64,000 bases of DNA. Source: Phormidium sp. (GTDB lineage: Bacteria; Cyanobacteriota; Cyanobacteriia; Cyanobacteriales; Aerosakkonemataceae). Location: NCBI GenBank assembly GCA_051013385.1, contig CP143273.1, forward strand, positions 1,216,001 to 1,280,000, read 5' to 3'. The number at the start of each line of letters is the position of its first letter. Position 1 is the first letter of the stretch. This document shows, one piece after another, positions 39,207 through 49,199 of the stretch. A program made the translations under genes and the position numbers. The notes below the pieces were generated by a model. It ran no database searches and was not told the origin of the DNA. It saw only the letters and a list, made by a program, of their open reading frames with translations.

Positions 39207-39330
39207 GCGGTAACAAGTGAAATCTGTATTAATGAGGTGGATAAAAGGAAAAGGGGAAAGGAATAATCCCACCGTTTACTTCTTTAGTTAAGCTAAAAAC
39301 CCGGTTTCTTCAAGAAACCGGGTTTTTTTA

Positions 39331-40620
39331 TCATTGTTGTGCTGTTAGGCGAGAAGCGGGGGAATTAAACAGAGCTTTAAAGTTAGATTTTCGTTCGGCG
39401 CTAGGTTCTGGTGCATAGTCCCACAGGCTTTCGTAGAAGAAGAAAGTTACACCTAAACCCCGATCGCGTGCTGCTTGTACTTTAGACTTAATTAGTGGCA
39501 TTGGTACTGGGCGATTTCTTAAACCTGTGAGAACACCGACTGCGGTAGGAATTTTTTGTTGCGCTACTTGAATTTCCGATCGCCCAATTTGATCGAGAAA
39601 ACTATTTATATCAGGTCGATAAACTTGCACAATTAATTCATCAACAATGTTTTGTTCTACCCAAGTTACCCAATCTTGCAAAAAACTATTGTACGCGGTG
39701 ATGTAAGGGTTAGGTGAAACAGAAAAAATTGCTTGGGGTTTTCTCTGTTTTACTGCGTGATTAAGTTGAGTCATGAAAGCAGTAATTTTATCTGCACGCC
39801 AACGCACCCAAGCGGGATCTTGAGGATTTCTTGGTGCATCTTTGCCCGTTTCTTGTTTGTATAAGGCTAGGGTGTAGCGATCGTACCCGAACTCATTCGG
39901 TAAACAGGTGTGATCGTCAAATTGCACCCCATCAATATTATATCGATCGACAACTTCCAACACTAAATCAGTCATAAATTGCTGCACTTCGGGAAGGAAA
40001 GGATTTAACCAAACTACTTCCCCAGCTGCACTATTTGATGTTTGACTACCGTCCTGTTTTTGTGTTAGCCAATGGGGATGATTTAACACTAATTCGGAAC
40101 TTTGCGGAGCCATGAAACCAAACTCAAACCAGGGAATTACTAGTAATCCTTTGCTATGAGCTAATTTGATTAATTCTGCCAGGATGTCTTGTCCCTGTGA
40201 ACCTCTGCCGATATAGGATTGATAAATACCTGTTCGTTGCGCTAATGCACTGTTGGGATACTGCACATAACCCGAATTCCACACTACTGGATAAATAGTA
40301 TTGAAATTCAGTTGTGCTAATTGATTCACCGCATTTTGCAGTTTGGCGCTATCCATCAGCACATCAGTGTCATTGTTCGTCATCCAAACGCCGCGAATTT
40401 CCGGCGCTGGTGGCTGTGCAACTGGTGGCGCAATCTGTTCTTGGGGAATGAAAGTTATTTGGGCAAATGCTTTGATGGGTTGACCAATTAGCAAAACTGT
40501 GATTAGTGATGCTATAACGAGTAAGCCAAAGTAGTTAGGCGATCGCCGCCATCCTTTGCGGATAAACGCTGATTTTTTTGACTTTAATCGTGAGTGTGCT
40601 ATCAAAGCTTGTAGTTGCAT
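39331..40620 (-). CDS. GH10-like (DUF187/YngK) glycoside hydrolase
   Basis: EIRGVWMT, NFNTIYPVVWNSG, IPWFEFG, DGVQFDDH. Confidence 0.9.
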   Translation of the reverse strand: MQLQALIAHSRLKSKKSAFIRKGWRRSPNYFGLLVIASLITVLLIGQPIKAFAQITFIPQEQIAPPVAQPPAPEIRGVWMTNNDTDVLMDSAKLQNAVNQLAQLNFNTIYPVVWNSGYVQYPNSALAQRTGIYQSYIGRGSQGQDILAELIKLAHSKGLLVIPWFEFGFMAPQSSELVLNHPHWLTQKQDGSQTSNSAAGEVVWLNPFLPEVQQFMTDLVLEVVDRYNIDGVQFDDHTCLPNEFGYDRYTLALYKQETGKDAPRNPQDPAWVRWRADKITAFMTQLNHAVKQRKPQAIFSVSPNPYITAYNSFLQDWVTWVEQNIVDELIVQVYRPDINSFLDQIGRSEIQVAQQKIPTAVGVLTGLRNRPVPMPLIKSKVQAARDRGLGVTFFFYESLWDYAPEPSAERKSNFKALFNSPASRLTAQQ

Positions 40621-40823
40621 ACCGTCTTAATAAATCTTTAAGATTAACATTATACAGGTATTTTTGCTCAGTCCGTAAATTTTGGCTTGTGGGCAAAAGA
40701 ACTTGATTTAATTTCATCTACATATAATTTATTCAGGATTACGGATTTTAAATACCTCAGAGATGTTCTTTCTTATGGAAGTCGAAATTTGGCGAAAGCA
40801 TCGCTAACGTGAGCATATTTAGA

Positions 40824-40851
40824 TCCCCGACTTCTTGAAGAAGTCGGGGAT
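40824..40851. repeat. REP-like palindrome CCCCGACTTCTTGAAGAAGTCGGGG (similar copy at 41505-41533)
   Basis: Perfect inverted repeat. Confidence 0.85.
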
Positions 40852-40879
40852 CTGAGCACAGAAAGATAGGAAAATTTCC

Positions 40880-41497
40880 ATGCAAACTCATGTACAAGAA
40901 GCCATAACGGATCTCAAACTGAAGAGAATTGCTAATGTTTTACACTGGACAGGTTGGGCAGCTTTTTGGGTACAGTTAATTTTGCTTGCTGTTACTTCCC
41001 TGATGTTAATTTTGGCAATTTCTGGTCGCACTTTCAATCGCGCCATAGAAACCACCGCGCCGGGAGGACAAGTAGTTAATTCCAATCAAGGTACAACACC
41101 CGGACTTGGAATTAGTATGTTTTGGGCGGGATGCGGAATTTTAGCCTTATTATTTGGTCTTTTTATTGCTTTCCGTCTAACTCGTTTAGCGAGGAGATTA
41201 TTCAACTCAAACGTGGTAAATCATCCGCAAAAATCAGAGGTTTTACGAATTCTACGTTGGGGTGTAATTGCAGGTTTGGTGGGAATGTTGTTAACTATTT
41301 TAGGCGGTGGTGTAGCGATCGGAGTATTATTATCCAAATCTATTACTCAACCTCAAGGTGTAGCAATTTACGACCCCAACAGAATTATTCGGTCGTTAGA
41401 TATTTTCGTAGCAGCAGCAAACATGAATGGAATTACGGCTCACTTTGTCGGAACTGTAACTTCTTTGGGTTTAATTAATTGGTTAAGTCGTGAATAA
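40880..41497 (+). CDS. DUF3611 family membrane protein (Tic21-like)
   Basis: GWAAFWVQL, IRSLDIFVAAAN..ITAHFVG. Confidence 0.88.
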   Translation: MQTHVQEAITDLKLKRIANVLHWTGWAAFWVQLILLAVTSLMLILAISGRTFNRAIETTAPGGQVVNSNQGTTPGLGISMFWAGCGILALLFGLFIAFRLTRLARRLFNSNVVNHPQKSEVLRILRWGVIAGLVGMLLTILGGGVAIGVLLSKSITQPQGVAIYDPNRIIRSLDIFVAAANMNGITAHFVGTVTSLGLINWLSRE

Positions 41498-41546
41498 TCG
41501 CAGAACCCCGACTTTTTTAAAAAGTCGGGGTTCTGGATACCAAAAA

Positions 41547-42275
41547 TTAACCTAATCCCATTCCTTCAGTTTCAGTGACTAATATTTTACCTTCTCCCTC
41601 ATAAACCCAGACAAAACCTTCTCCGCCACCTCTACCAAAATGACCTAATTTGCGATAATCTTCCGCAATTCCTTTAGTGAAACCTTTCACCATATCAAAA
41701 TCAGCGATTAAGATTTCACCTCTGTTTAATTCCACCACTTTCGCAGGTGAAACTGTTCCCAATACAGCTTTTGCTGTTTGATTGGGTAAAGCTTTAACGG
41801 CAATTCTCCATCTACCATCGCTGGAACCACCCATTTGTCGATACTTCAATCTTTTAGCCCCAATTACTACATTATTGGAACAAAATTGAAATACGCCATC
41901 ATCAAATTCCCATTGTTCTTGGTCTGATATTGCGATCGGTGTATAATGCAAAAAATTACCTTTTTGTCTGGGTTCTAAATGCACAGTACCAGTCCCTCTA
42001 TAAACCGGGGCGTTATATTCAATTTCTGTGGTCAAAGCTACCCAAATATCTCTTAAGCGATTATCAGTTTTGTAAATTTCATAAGATAATTTACCCATAC
42101 ATCTGTGTAAACTACCTTTTTGAATTATTACTCCCGAATTTTCCAGATGTATTTCAACTTGCTGAACAAAGGGAATAGTTCTCGTCGGATGGTAGTATTT
42201 GTTAGTTTCTTTGTTGATGTTATTTTGCAGATACCACAAATCTGTCGGTTCTAAAACTTTAACTACATATTCCAT
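41547..42275 (-). CDS. AIM24 family protein
   Basis: QVEIHLENSGVIIQKGSL, YRGTGTVHLEP, GGEGFVWVYEGEGKILV. Confidence 0.75.
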   Translation of the reverse strand: MEYVVKVLEPTDLWYLQNNINKETNKYYHPTRTIPFVQQVEIHLENSGVIIQKGSLHRCMGKLSYEIYKTDNRLRDIWVALTTEIEYNAPVYRGTGTVHLEPRQKGNFLHYTPIAISDQEQWEFDDGVFQFCSNNVVIGAKRLKYRQMGGSSDGRWRIAVKALPNQTAKAVLGTVSPAKVVELNRGEILIADFDMVKGFTKGIAEDYRKLGHFGRGGGEGFVWVYEGEGKILVTETEGMGLG

Positions 42276-42293
42276 ATCATCAATTACACTTTT

Positions 42294-43067
42294 TCAAAGT
42301 TGACCAATCATTTTATGAGTTTGGGGAATTACCCGCACTTGTTTAACAAACCGCTTCATTAAACCTTGCCATTCTAAAACCAAATCAGGCGCAGGTGCTA
42401 ATATGTTTGGTTGATTAGCAATAGGCGTTACAGGTTGCAGAAACACCGGAATTTTCGGGTCGCAATTTGCTACTAATTCTCCAGCTAATTCTAACTCTTG
42501 GGGATTAGTTTCACTGGAAACGATCAGCTTGACAAAAGTTTCCAAGTTAGCATCATGGCATAACTTTAAAAACTCTTGATGCGCTGACCAATAATTTTCC
42601 CCACTGACACTGGGTAATTTGATATCCATACCCACAGAATCTAAATAGGGTAAAACCATTGCTAATTGTTCCGGGCGATGTCCCCCTGTTTCTAAGTAGA
42701 TGGGCAACCCCGTGATTTTACGTACTTGGGGGAGAAATTGAACTAAAAAATTTGCGTGAAGTAACGGTTCCCCACCAGTCAAACTGATGCTGTCATGCAA
42801 CCCCGGTTGGTTTTGCTTTTCTACCCAGTTCAATAATGATGGTAGCTCAACGGGATTGGGATAGTTGAGAAAATCGCGTTTTCCGGGTGTTTGTTCGATT
42901 TTACAGGTAGATGGTGTTTGCCAGGTGTGGGCGCTATCGCAATAATGACAACGCAAGTCGCAAATTGCGAAACGGATGAAGATTTGGCGAGTACCAACGT
43001 TTAGCCCTTCGCCCTGAATGGCGGAAAATAGTTCAATTAGTCGCGCTTTTGGGTAATTATCGGTCAT
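42294..43067 (-). CDS. queE: 7-carboxy-7-deazaguanine synthase (radical SAM)
   Basis: FSAIQGEG, CDLRCHYCDS, SLTGGEPL, IPQTHK. Confidence 0.93.
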   Translation of the reverse strand: MTDNYPKARLIELFSAIQGEGLNVGTRQIFIRFAICDLRCHYCDSAHTWQTPSTCKIEQTPGKRDFLNYPNPVELPSLLNWVEKQNQPGLHDSISLTGGEPLLHANFLVQFLPQVRKITGLPIYLETGGHRPEQLAMVLPYLDSVGMDIKLPSVSGENYWSAHQEFLKLCHDANLETFVKLIVSSETNPQELELAGELVANCDPKIPVFLQPVTPIANQPNILAPAPDLVLEWQGLMKRFVKQVRVIPQTHKMIGQL

Positions 43068-43875
43068 TTTTAGTCTCATCTGCAAAGAAACAATACTAGG
43101 AGTTACGCTCCAAACCCGGTTTTTGAACCTAATTGGGTTATTTCAGCGTCAGGGTAGTAACGAAAAACCGGGTTTCTTGGCTTATGGTGCGTAAGTTCTA
43201 AATACTAGCTTTTATTTTTCTGACTTAGTGCTTACACACAAACCCGGTTTCTTAACGTAATTCCTTGATTTGAGCCTGTGGGTAAGAAGGAGATGTTACC
43301 AAGTTTGTTTATCATCGAGAATAGGTGAATTTACATAAACTTATTTATTATTATATTAATCATTGTAAAAAAAAATTAAAATAATCAGTGTTTTCTTATA
43401 TTAAAATTATATTCACTAAGAAATTTATATGAAGCTTACAAAATAAGATTAGAGTATATTTTTTTAGTTAAGATTACGGAGAAAGGCTACCCAGAAATGG
43501 GGAAATCAGGTTATTCTTAATTTAAGAAATCCCCCAATGGTAATTATTTCTGCTTCTTTTCAGGTGCATTGTTTGACGTAGCAGTAAGGATTTTTAAGTA
43601 TAAAAGACCACTGGTATTTTTCGATAACCGAGTAAAAAATGTTGAAGTTATGACGATCGCAATCAGTATACACTCATCTGTTTCATGTAACTTAAAATTA
43701 ATCAAAAAAATGTTTACAGTACAGGTCAAACTCTACCCAGTGATTGACATCACAAAATGTAAGTACTTACTCTCACTACTTACTTCGACTAGTATCATAC
43801 TTTATTAAAGTGTTCAATCACCTGTTAAGCCCAAAAAAAATAGTAAATTAATATCAAGAGTTAACCGTTCTAGCA

Positions 43876-45267
43876 ATGCCAACTCAGACTTTTTTATCTC
43901 AAACTAAAACTACCCACTCAAGAGTGTTTAGAACTCACTCTTTTGACAATGCAGTAAGTGAGAGCGAGTCAGATGAATTTTCCCGTCAGTCAAATAGACA
44001 GGGAAAAAATATTGGTGCTGCACAAGAGGAAATTTGGCAATTTTTCCTGAATATTGTTAAATCTACTGCGCCAGAACTGGTGTTAACCGAATTTGAAAAC
44101 TTATTTATTAATCCTAGTTTTTCTTCCAACTCGGAGATAGAAAAAGCTTTGAAGCTCATAGTCTTATCTCAAAATGAGCAGGAGTTTAGAAATACTCTCA
44201 AACGTTGTATTTATATTCTACTCAACACCTGGATTTATAGCAGAAAATACCAATATGCTCAAAGTTTAATTGCAAAGCTTTCCGTTGTTCATCTTAACTA
44301 TCGTGGCTCATCTACATTTCTGCGTACTCTGAGAAGCTGGGTAATTAATTTTATTAAAAGCCTAGATTATCAAGAAGTAAAACTATTCGCTGCAAAATTC
44401 GATCGGCAAGGAAGAGAAAACTGGAAATATCGTTATACTTCTTTTTTACTAACTCCTCAGTATCTTAATTCTGACAATTCTTTAGAACAACGCCAAGCTG
44501 CGAGAAGATTGTCGCAACAGTTGCAAGATAAATACAAGTTTGATCTAGCAATGTATACGGCTCATTCTCATACTACTCCATCTTGGAATGACAAAGTTAA
44601 AAATCCCACTACTTTGGGTGATGAAGCCTTACGCTTAATTAAGAAAGTTCTAGCCAACGCAGGATTTTTTAATCATGTAAACCTAGCTAATATTTTTTTG
44701 AATCAAACTCAACAACTAAGTTACAATCATTTTAAAAAAAGTTTAATTAATTATCTAATTTTTTCTTTAGAAAGTGCAGGGTTGGTAGAATCTGTAAAAA
44801 CGCACCTAACCCAGAAGCTAGAAGATCTTTATGAACATGAAAATCAGCAAGTGTTGCGAAACGGTTTGATTTTAAGAACTTCTAATCGGGTGATTGAATA
44901 TTTAACTATTGGCAAGGATAACAAACCCTCCGATCTGTTTGTTTTAATTGCTTCCCAAGGAAATGCGTTAAGTTTAGGAATTTTAATTCTCAAACTATTA
45001 TTAATTTCTCCTCCTTCGCGGACTTATTTTGAACTATGTATCGCCAAATTGATTGATTATTATGGAAGTCACTCGGAGCAGGATTGTCAATGGGTAATTA
45101 ACTTTTTGGAGGTTAGTAAGATAATTTTAACCCTGTACACAGAGAAGGTAAAATATAGTTTAGTGAATATGGAGCGAGAAAATCTAGCTTGTCAGACAAT
45201 GATAGATGAAAATGGCTATCGAATTTTTTGCCAAAGTCATGGTGATGGTAATTTAACTCAATTTTAG
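43876..45267 (+). CDS. Conserved cyanobacterial hypothetical protein (helical)
   Basis: 463-aa ORF; FDLAMYTAHS and NPTTLGDEAL motifs recall an uncharacterised cyanobacterial family. Confidence 0.8.
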   Translation: MPTQTFLSQTKTTHSRVFRTHSFDNAVSESESDEFSRQSNRQGKNIGAAQEEIWQFFLNIVKSTAPELVLTEFENLFINPSFSSNSEIEKALKLIVLSQNEQEFRNTLKRCIYILLNTWIYSRKYQYAQSLIAKLSVVHLNYRGSSTFLRTLRSWVINFIKSLDYQEVKLFAAKFDRQGRENWKYRYTSFLLTPQYLNSDNSLEQRQAARRLSQQLQDKYKFDLAMYTAHSHTTPSWNDKVKNPTTLGDEALRLIKKVLANAGFFNHVNLANIFLNQTQQLSYNHFKKSLINYLIFSLESAGLVESVKTHLTQKLEDLYEHENQQVLRNGLILRTSNRVIEYLTIGKDNKPSDLFVLIASQGNALSLGILILKLLLISPPSRTYFELCIAKLIDYYGSHSEQDCQWVINFLEVSKIILTLYTEKVKYSLVNMERENLACQTMIDENGYRIFCQSHGDGNLTQF

Positions 45268-45378
45268 TTGTTAATTTAGTTTCCCATTGGGTGAATTATA
45301 TTATTCCAGCTTGTTTGGGGAAATGGTGTTATTATTACCAAGGTTGTTCAGATAACAAAAGCAACTGAGGAAACGGCA

Positions 45379-46239
45379 ATGTTTGTGACAGAAAACACTT
45401 GGAAGCACGATCGCATCTACAGCAACGGGGTGAAGCTACATTACGTGACTCAGGGAGAAGGTTCCTTGATGTTAATGTTGCATGGTTTTCCTGAGTTTTG
45501 GTATTCTTGGCGACATCAAATTCCTGAATTTGCTAAAGATCATAAAGTAGTGGCTGTTGATTTGCGTGGCTATAATGATAGTGAAAAACCTGCAAATCAA
45601 TCTGCTTATGTAATGGATGAGTTTATTAAAGATGTGAAGGGAATAATTGAGGGATTGGGTTATAATAAGTGCGTGTTGGTAGGACATGATTGGGGTGGTG
45701 CGATCGCCTGGTGTTTCGCCTACGCCTATCCCGAAATGGTAGAAAAATTGATTGTTTTAAACTTTCCACATTTCGCTAAATTTGCTCAAGGTATTCGCAA
45801 TCCTCAACAGTTACTCCGCAGTTATTATGTATTTTTCTTTCAGTTACCTTGGCTACCAGAATTCCTGATTCAACAATTAGATTATCAGATGATTGAAAAT
45901 GCTTTGATTGGCATGGCTGTGAACAAAAATGCCTTTACTAAAGCAGATATTGATGCTTACAAAGATGCCGCAGCAAAACGTGGGGCATTAACTGCAAGTT
46001 TGAATTATTACCGCAATGTTTTTCAACAGAAGTTGTTGGGTGAAAGTTGGGGGTTTTTGGAAGTACCAACTTTGATGATTTGGGGAGAAAAGGATACAGC
46101 GCTTGGTAAAGAACTGACATTCGGAACAGAGGCTTATGTTAGGGATTTTCAGATTAAATATATTCCTGATGCTAGTCACTGGGTACAGCAAGAAAAGCCA
46201 GAGTTGGTAAATCAATATATGCGGGAATTTTTGGAATAA
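45379..46239 (+). CDS. Alpha/beta hydrolase (epoxide hydrolase-like)
   Basis: LHGFPEFWYSWRHQ, GHDWGG, HWVQQE. Confidence 0.93.
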   Translation: MFVTENTWKHDRIYSNGVKLHYVTQGEGSLMLMLHGFPEFWYSWRHQIPEFAKDHKVVAVDLRGYNDSEKPANQSAYVMDEFIKDVKGIIEGLGYNKCVLVGHDWGGAIAWCFAYAYPEMVEKLIVLNFPHFAKFAQGIRNPQQLLRSYYVFFFQLPWLPEFLIQQLDYQMIENALIGMAVNKNAFTKADIDAYKDAAAKRGALTASLNYYRNVFQQKLLGESWGFLEVPTLMIWGEKDTALGKELTFGTEAYVRDFQIKYIPDASHWVQQEKPELVNQYMREFLE

Positions 46240-46338
46240 TTAGAATAAGGAAAGGTGCGTTACTACTGATTTAGAATTTTTGGAATAATTAGAATAAGGA
46301 AAGGTGCGTTACGTTGCACTAACGCACCCTACTATTTA

Positions 46339-46553
46339 GGGTTTGCTGAATAAAGGTAAAAAGTAAGATAGGCAAGGGTGAAAGCGCCTTTTTTGCTCAA
46401 AACAAGTTCCAGTTTTTCAGACCTTTTGGCGCAAAATCCTGGCCAATTTCTGCGGAAATTGTAGGGACACGGCATGAAAGAGATAACGTAGGAATTGCAA
46501 ATATTAATGATGCCGTGTCCCTACCCCCACCAACAGACTTTTTCAGCAAGCTC
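46339..46553. mobile_element. MITE with GGGTTTGCTGAA...TTCAGCAAGCTC ends, flanked by TA, with an internal REP hairpin
   Basis: Imperfect TIRs; TA at 46337 and 46554; GTAGGGACACGGCAT...ATGCCGTGTCCCTAC inside. Confidence 0.7.
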
Positions 46554-46556
46554 TAT

Positions 46557-49199
46557 TTAGTTCGGCTGGGTGGTACGACGGAACTGGTAAACTAAGGCAA
46601 GTGCGATCGCACCAACCAAAAGCAACAACCACTCCCCAGGTTCGGGAACTGCCGAAACAGGTGCATTCAAAGTGCTAGGTTGAGGTAACTGTTGATCTTC
46701 GATTTCACGATTAAAACGATCGCTTTTTTGTTCCGCCTGTTTTAAATCTTCCCGCTGACGATCGTTCACCAAAACAATCATCGAAGAATAAGGCGTAACA
46801 ATCCCATTTTGCTTCGCCACCGCATGAATCGCATCTAACTGTTTCACATCTTTTGGTTGCATTTGCCAACTTAAATGTGTCACCAATTGGCGTGCAGCTA
46901 TGGGAGTAAAACCGCCAACAGCTTGAGGCGCTTCAGTTGTTTGACTCACAAACCAAGCATAGCCATCAGCTAAATTAACTAAAGAATTTCCCAAAGTAGG
47001 CGGCGTACCAATCCCCTGCATCGCTGTTTTAATCTCACCCGCTACACCACCACCACTATCTTGAAGTGCTTGCAACGTCGCATCATCGTAAGCAGCGGGA
47101 AAACCACCTAAATGCACCATCCACAGAGGCGCAGACATCGAGAGTACCTGCTTACTATCTTCTGTGAGTTCGTAACTCCCCGCATCTGTGAGCAAGATAA
47201 TCCCATTGTATTTTGTATTTCCCTGCAACTTTTGGAACTGCTGCAACATTTGGCGATGCTGAAGCGTACCATAAAACACGGCTTGATTTGGGTTAAAACC
47301 TTGTAAATTATCTAAGCGTTTTGGTTCTCCCTGCGCCACTGTTAAATAAAGATCAGCATTATTTTGTTTGAGAACTTGTTCTTGCAACCAGCGAAAAGTT
47401 GCTACCACATCTGGACGATGGGCATTCATGCTATAAGAACCATCAAGAACGATCGCAAATCGTCCATTTTGGGGCAATTTATATTCTGCATCAAACGGTT
47501 TTGCTTGGATTAAATTACCTCCAGGCAGTGTTACTTGATGCACACTCGGTTGTACATTTGTTGCCGGAAGGTAATCGGGAAGCCATTGATCTTTTGCTCC
47601 CACATTCTTACCATTTATCATCCTTTTAGTTGCAGAATTCCAGTAAAGATTGCGCCGTTCTTGCAACTGGGGTAAAGGCCAAGTACTATTTTGTTCGAGT
47701 ACTTTATAAGTTAGCCAAAGGTGCATTTCTCCCTGATCTTTTTGGGGAATGGGAAAGGCACGCAGACGATAGTTACGGGGGCCCACTTGTTCGAGTAAGG
47801 CTGGATCGACGCGACGGGCGACTTCTTGATTGTAAACTTGTTGGGCTGCGCCACGAGGGGAAACAGTGAAGGGAAAACTCTTAGATCGATCGCCAGTTTC
47901 ACCCAACCAAACTCCAGTTATTACCGCCGTTTCCGGTAAAGAAAAGTAATAGAGAATTTCTTCTAAATTAGAAGTTTGATTCTGGTAAACTTCGTAAATT
48001 TCGATATCTGCCCAATCACCTTGGGGTTTAACAGTTATCTGTTGTTGTGCCAGTAAAACCCGCTGTTTATTAACATCCAACAATCCTGCTTTCGCTTCAT
48101 TTCGCATAAAGGTAGATTGCAGTGCTTTTTCAATCGCTGGTCTTTCTCCGCGAATAATGGGAGTATCGAAAAATTGAGCATAGAGTCCTGCGGCTTTTTC
48201 CTGATCGTTAGATTCACCTCTGTAAGTAAAAGGATAAGTCAGAAAGTCATACATCTGTTGTACGCTACGGGCGCTACTTTGCGACCCTAACAAATCTCGA
48301 TACATATAATAAACACTTTCATCCTTATACCGAGGATAACGGTAGGATGCTAAGTAAGCTGTTAGTAATCCATTGCGAATCACATTGGATTTTTGCAGCA
48401 ACTCTTGTCGAGCTTTTTCCGTTTGCGGTGGTGTTTTTAGCAGTTTGAAAGCTTCAATTTGTGGTTGTGGTTGGAAAAGGGCAAAAAGTCCTGTCCAAGC
48501 AACAATAACTAACACTGAAAATGCTATAGCTTGAGTCTTACTATAGCGAGATGCAAGTTGATCAAAGGTTTGTCGCCAAGCATGATAATAAGTTCTTGCC
48601 ATTCCCCAAGGCATACTGAAAAAACCAATTATTAGGACTGTCAGCGGTAAGACAATGACTGCAAAAACTAACAAATTTGCGCCATATCTAAGAAGATATA
48701 TGGCAATCGGCAGGTTGTAGAATACAACCACAATTAACAAATAAATTGCTATTCCCAGTAGTAAGGTATGGGCTAGGAAATGCCCCCAATTTGTGTTATT
48801 TGATTCTGGGTGACTGGCTGTAAGTAACCAATGGGTAAAGGCAATGGTTCCTATCAATCCAGTGAGCAATATTAATGTCGTTGCTGGGTTTAAATCTCGC
48901 AGTCCGAAGAAGCGTAACAGACATAACAAGAGAAAGGGCGCTTCTATGCCATAAAATATTTGAAACAGAGAGAGCGATCGCGCAAACACTCGTCGTTTTT
49001 GGGGAATAGCCCCCATAACTGTACAAGTTGTGGGTACGCCGACTAACCCAACAAAAGGTATAAGAAAATTGAAGGGAACTTGTCCGGCGATCGCATCTGT
49101 AATTATTGCCGGAGCAAGATAAGGTAAATATCCAAAGTAAACAATTAACAACAGGGTGACATTAAATACCCAAAAGAAAACCGCAAATGCCTTTTTCAT
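46557..49199 (-). CDS. PEP-CTERM integral membrane protein with VIT and vWA-like domains (TIGR02921-like)
   Basis: N-terminal TMs, VSPRGAAQQVYN..DPALLEQVGP, LDGSYSM, terminal AVPEPGEWLLL..RR. Confidence 0.88.
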   Translation of the reverse strand: MKKAFAVFFWVFNVTLLLIVYFGYLPYLAPAIITDAIAGQVPFNFLIPFVGLVGVPTTCTVMGAIPQKRRVFARSLSLFQIFYGIEAPFLLLCLLRFFGLRDLNPATTLILLTGLIGTIAFTHWLLTASHPESNNTNWGHFLAHTLLLGIAIYLLIVVVFYNLPIAIYLLRYGANLLVFAVIVLPLTVLIIGFFSMPWGMARTYYHAWRQTFDQLASRYSKTQAIAFSVLVIVAWTGLFALFQPQPQIEAFKLLKTPPQTEKARQELLQKSNVIRNGLLTAYLASYRYPRYKDESVYYMYRDLLGSQSSARSVQQMYDFLTYPFTYRGESNDQEKAAGLYAQFFDTPIIRGERPAIEKALQSTFMRNEAKAGLLDVNKQRVLLAQQQITVKPQGDWADIEIYEVYQNQTSNLEEILYYFSLPETAVITGVWLGETGDRSKSFPFTVSPRGAAQQVYNQEVARRVDPALLEQVGPRNYRLRAFPIPQKDQGEMHLWLTYKVLEQNSTWPLPQLQERRNLYWNSATKRMINGKNVGAKDQWLPDYLPATNVQPSVHQVTLPGGNLIQAKPFDAEYKLPQNGRFAIVLDGSYSMNAHRPDVVATFRWLQEQVLKQNNADLYLTVAQGEPKRLDNLQGFNPNQAVFYGTLQHRQMLQQFQKLQGNTKYNGIILLTDAGSYELTEDSKQVLSMSAPLWMVHLGGFPAAYDDATLQALQDSGGGVAGEIKTAMQGIGTPPTLGNSLVNLADGYAWFVSQTTEAPQAVGGFTPIAARQLVTHLSWQMQPKDVKQLDAIHAVAKQNGIVTPYSSMIVLVNDRQREDLKQAEQKSDRFNREIEDQQLPQPSTLNAPVSAVPEPGEWLLLLVGAIALALVYQFRRTTQPN

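Noticed and set aside
43544..43808. Two short overlapping ORFs in AT-rich intergenic DNA
   Set aside because: No RBS or recognisable motif; probably the promoter region of 43876
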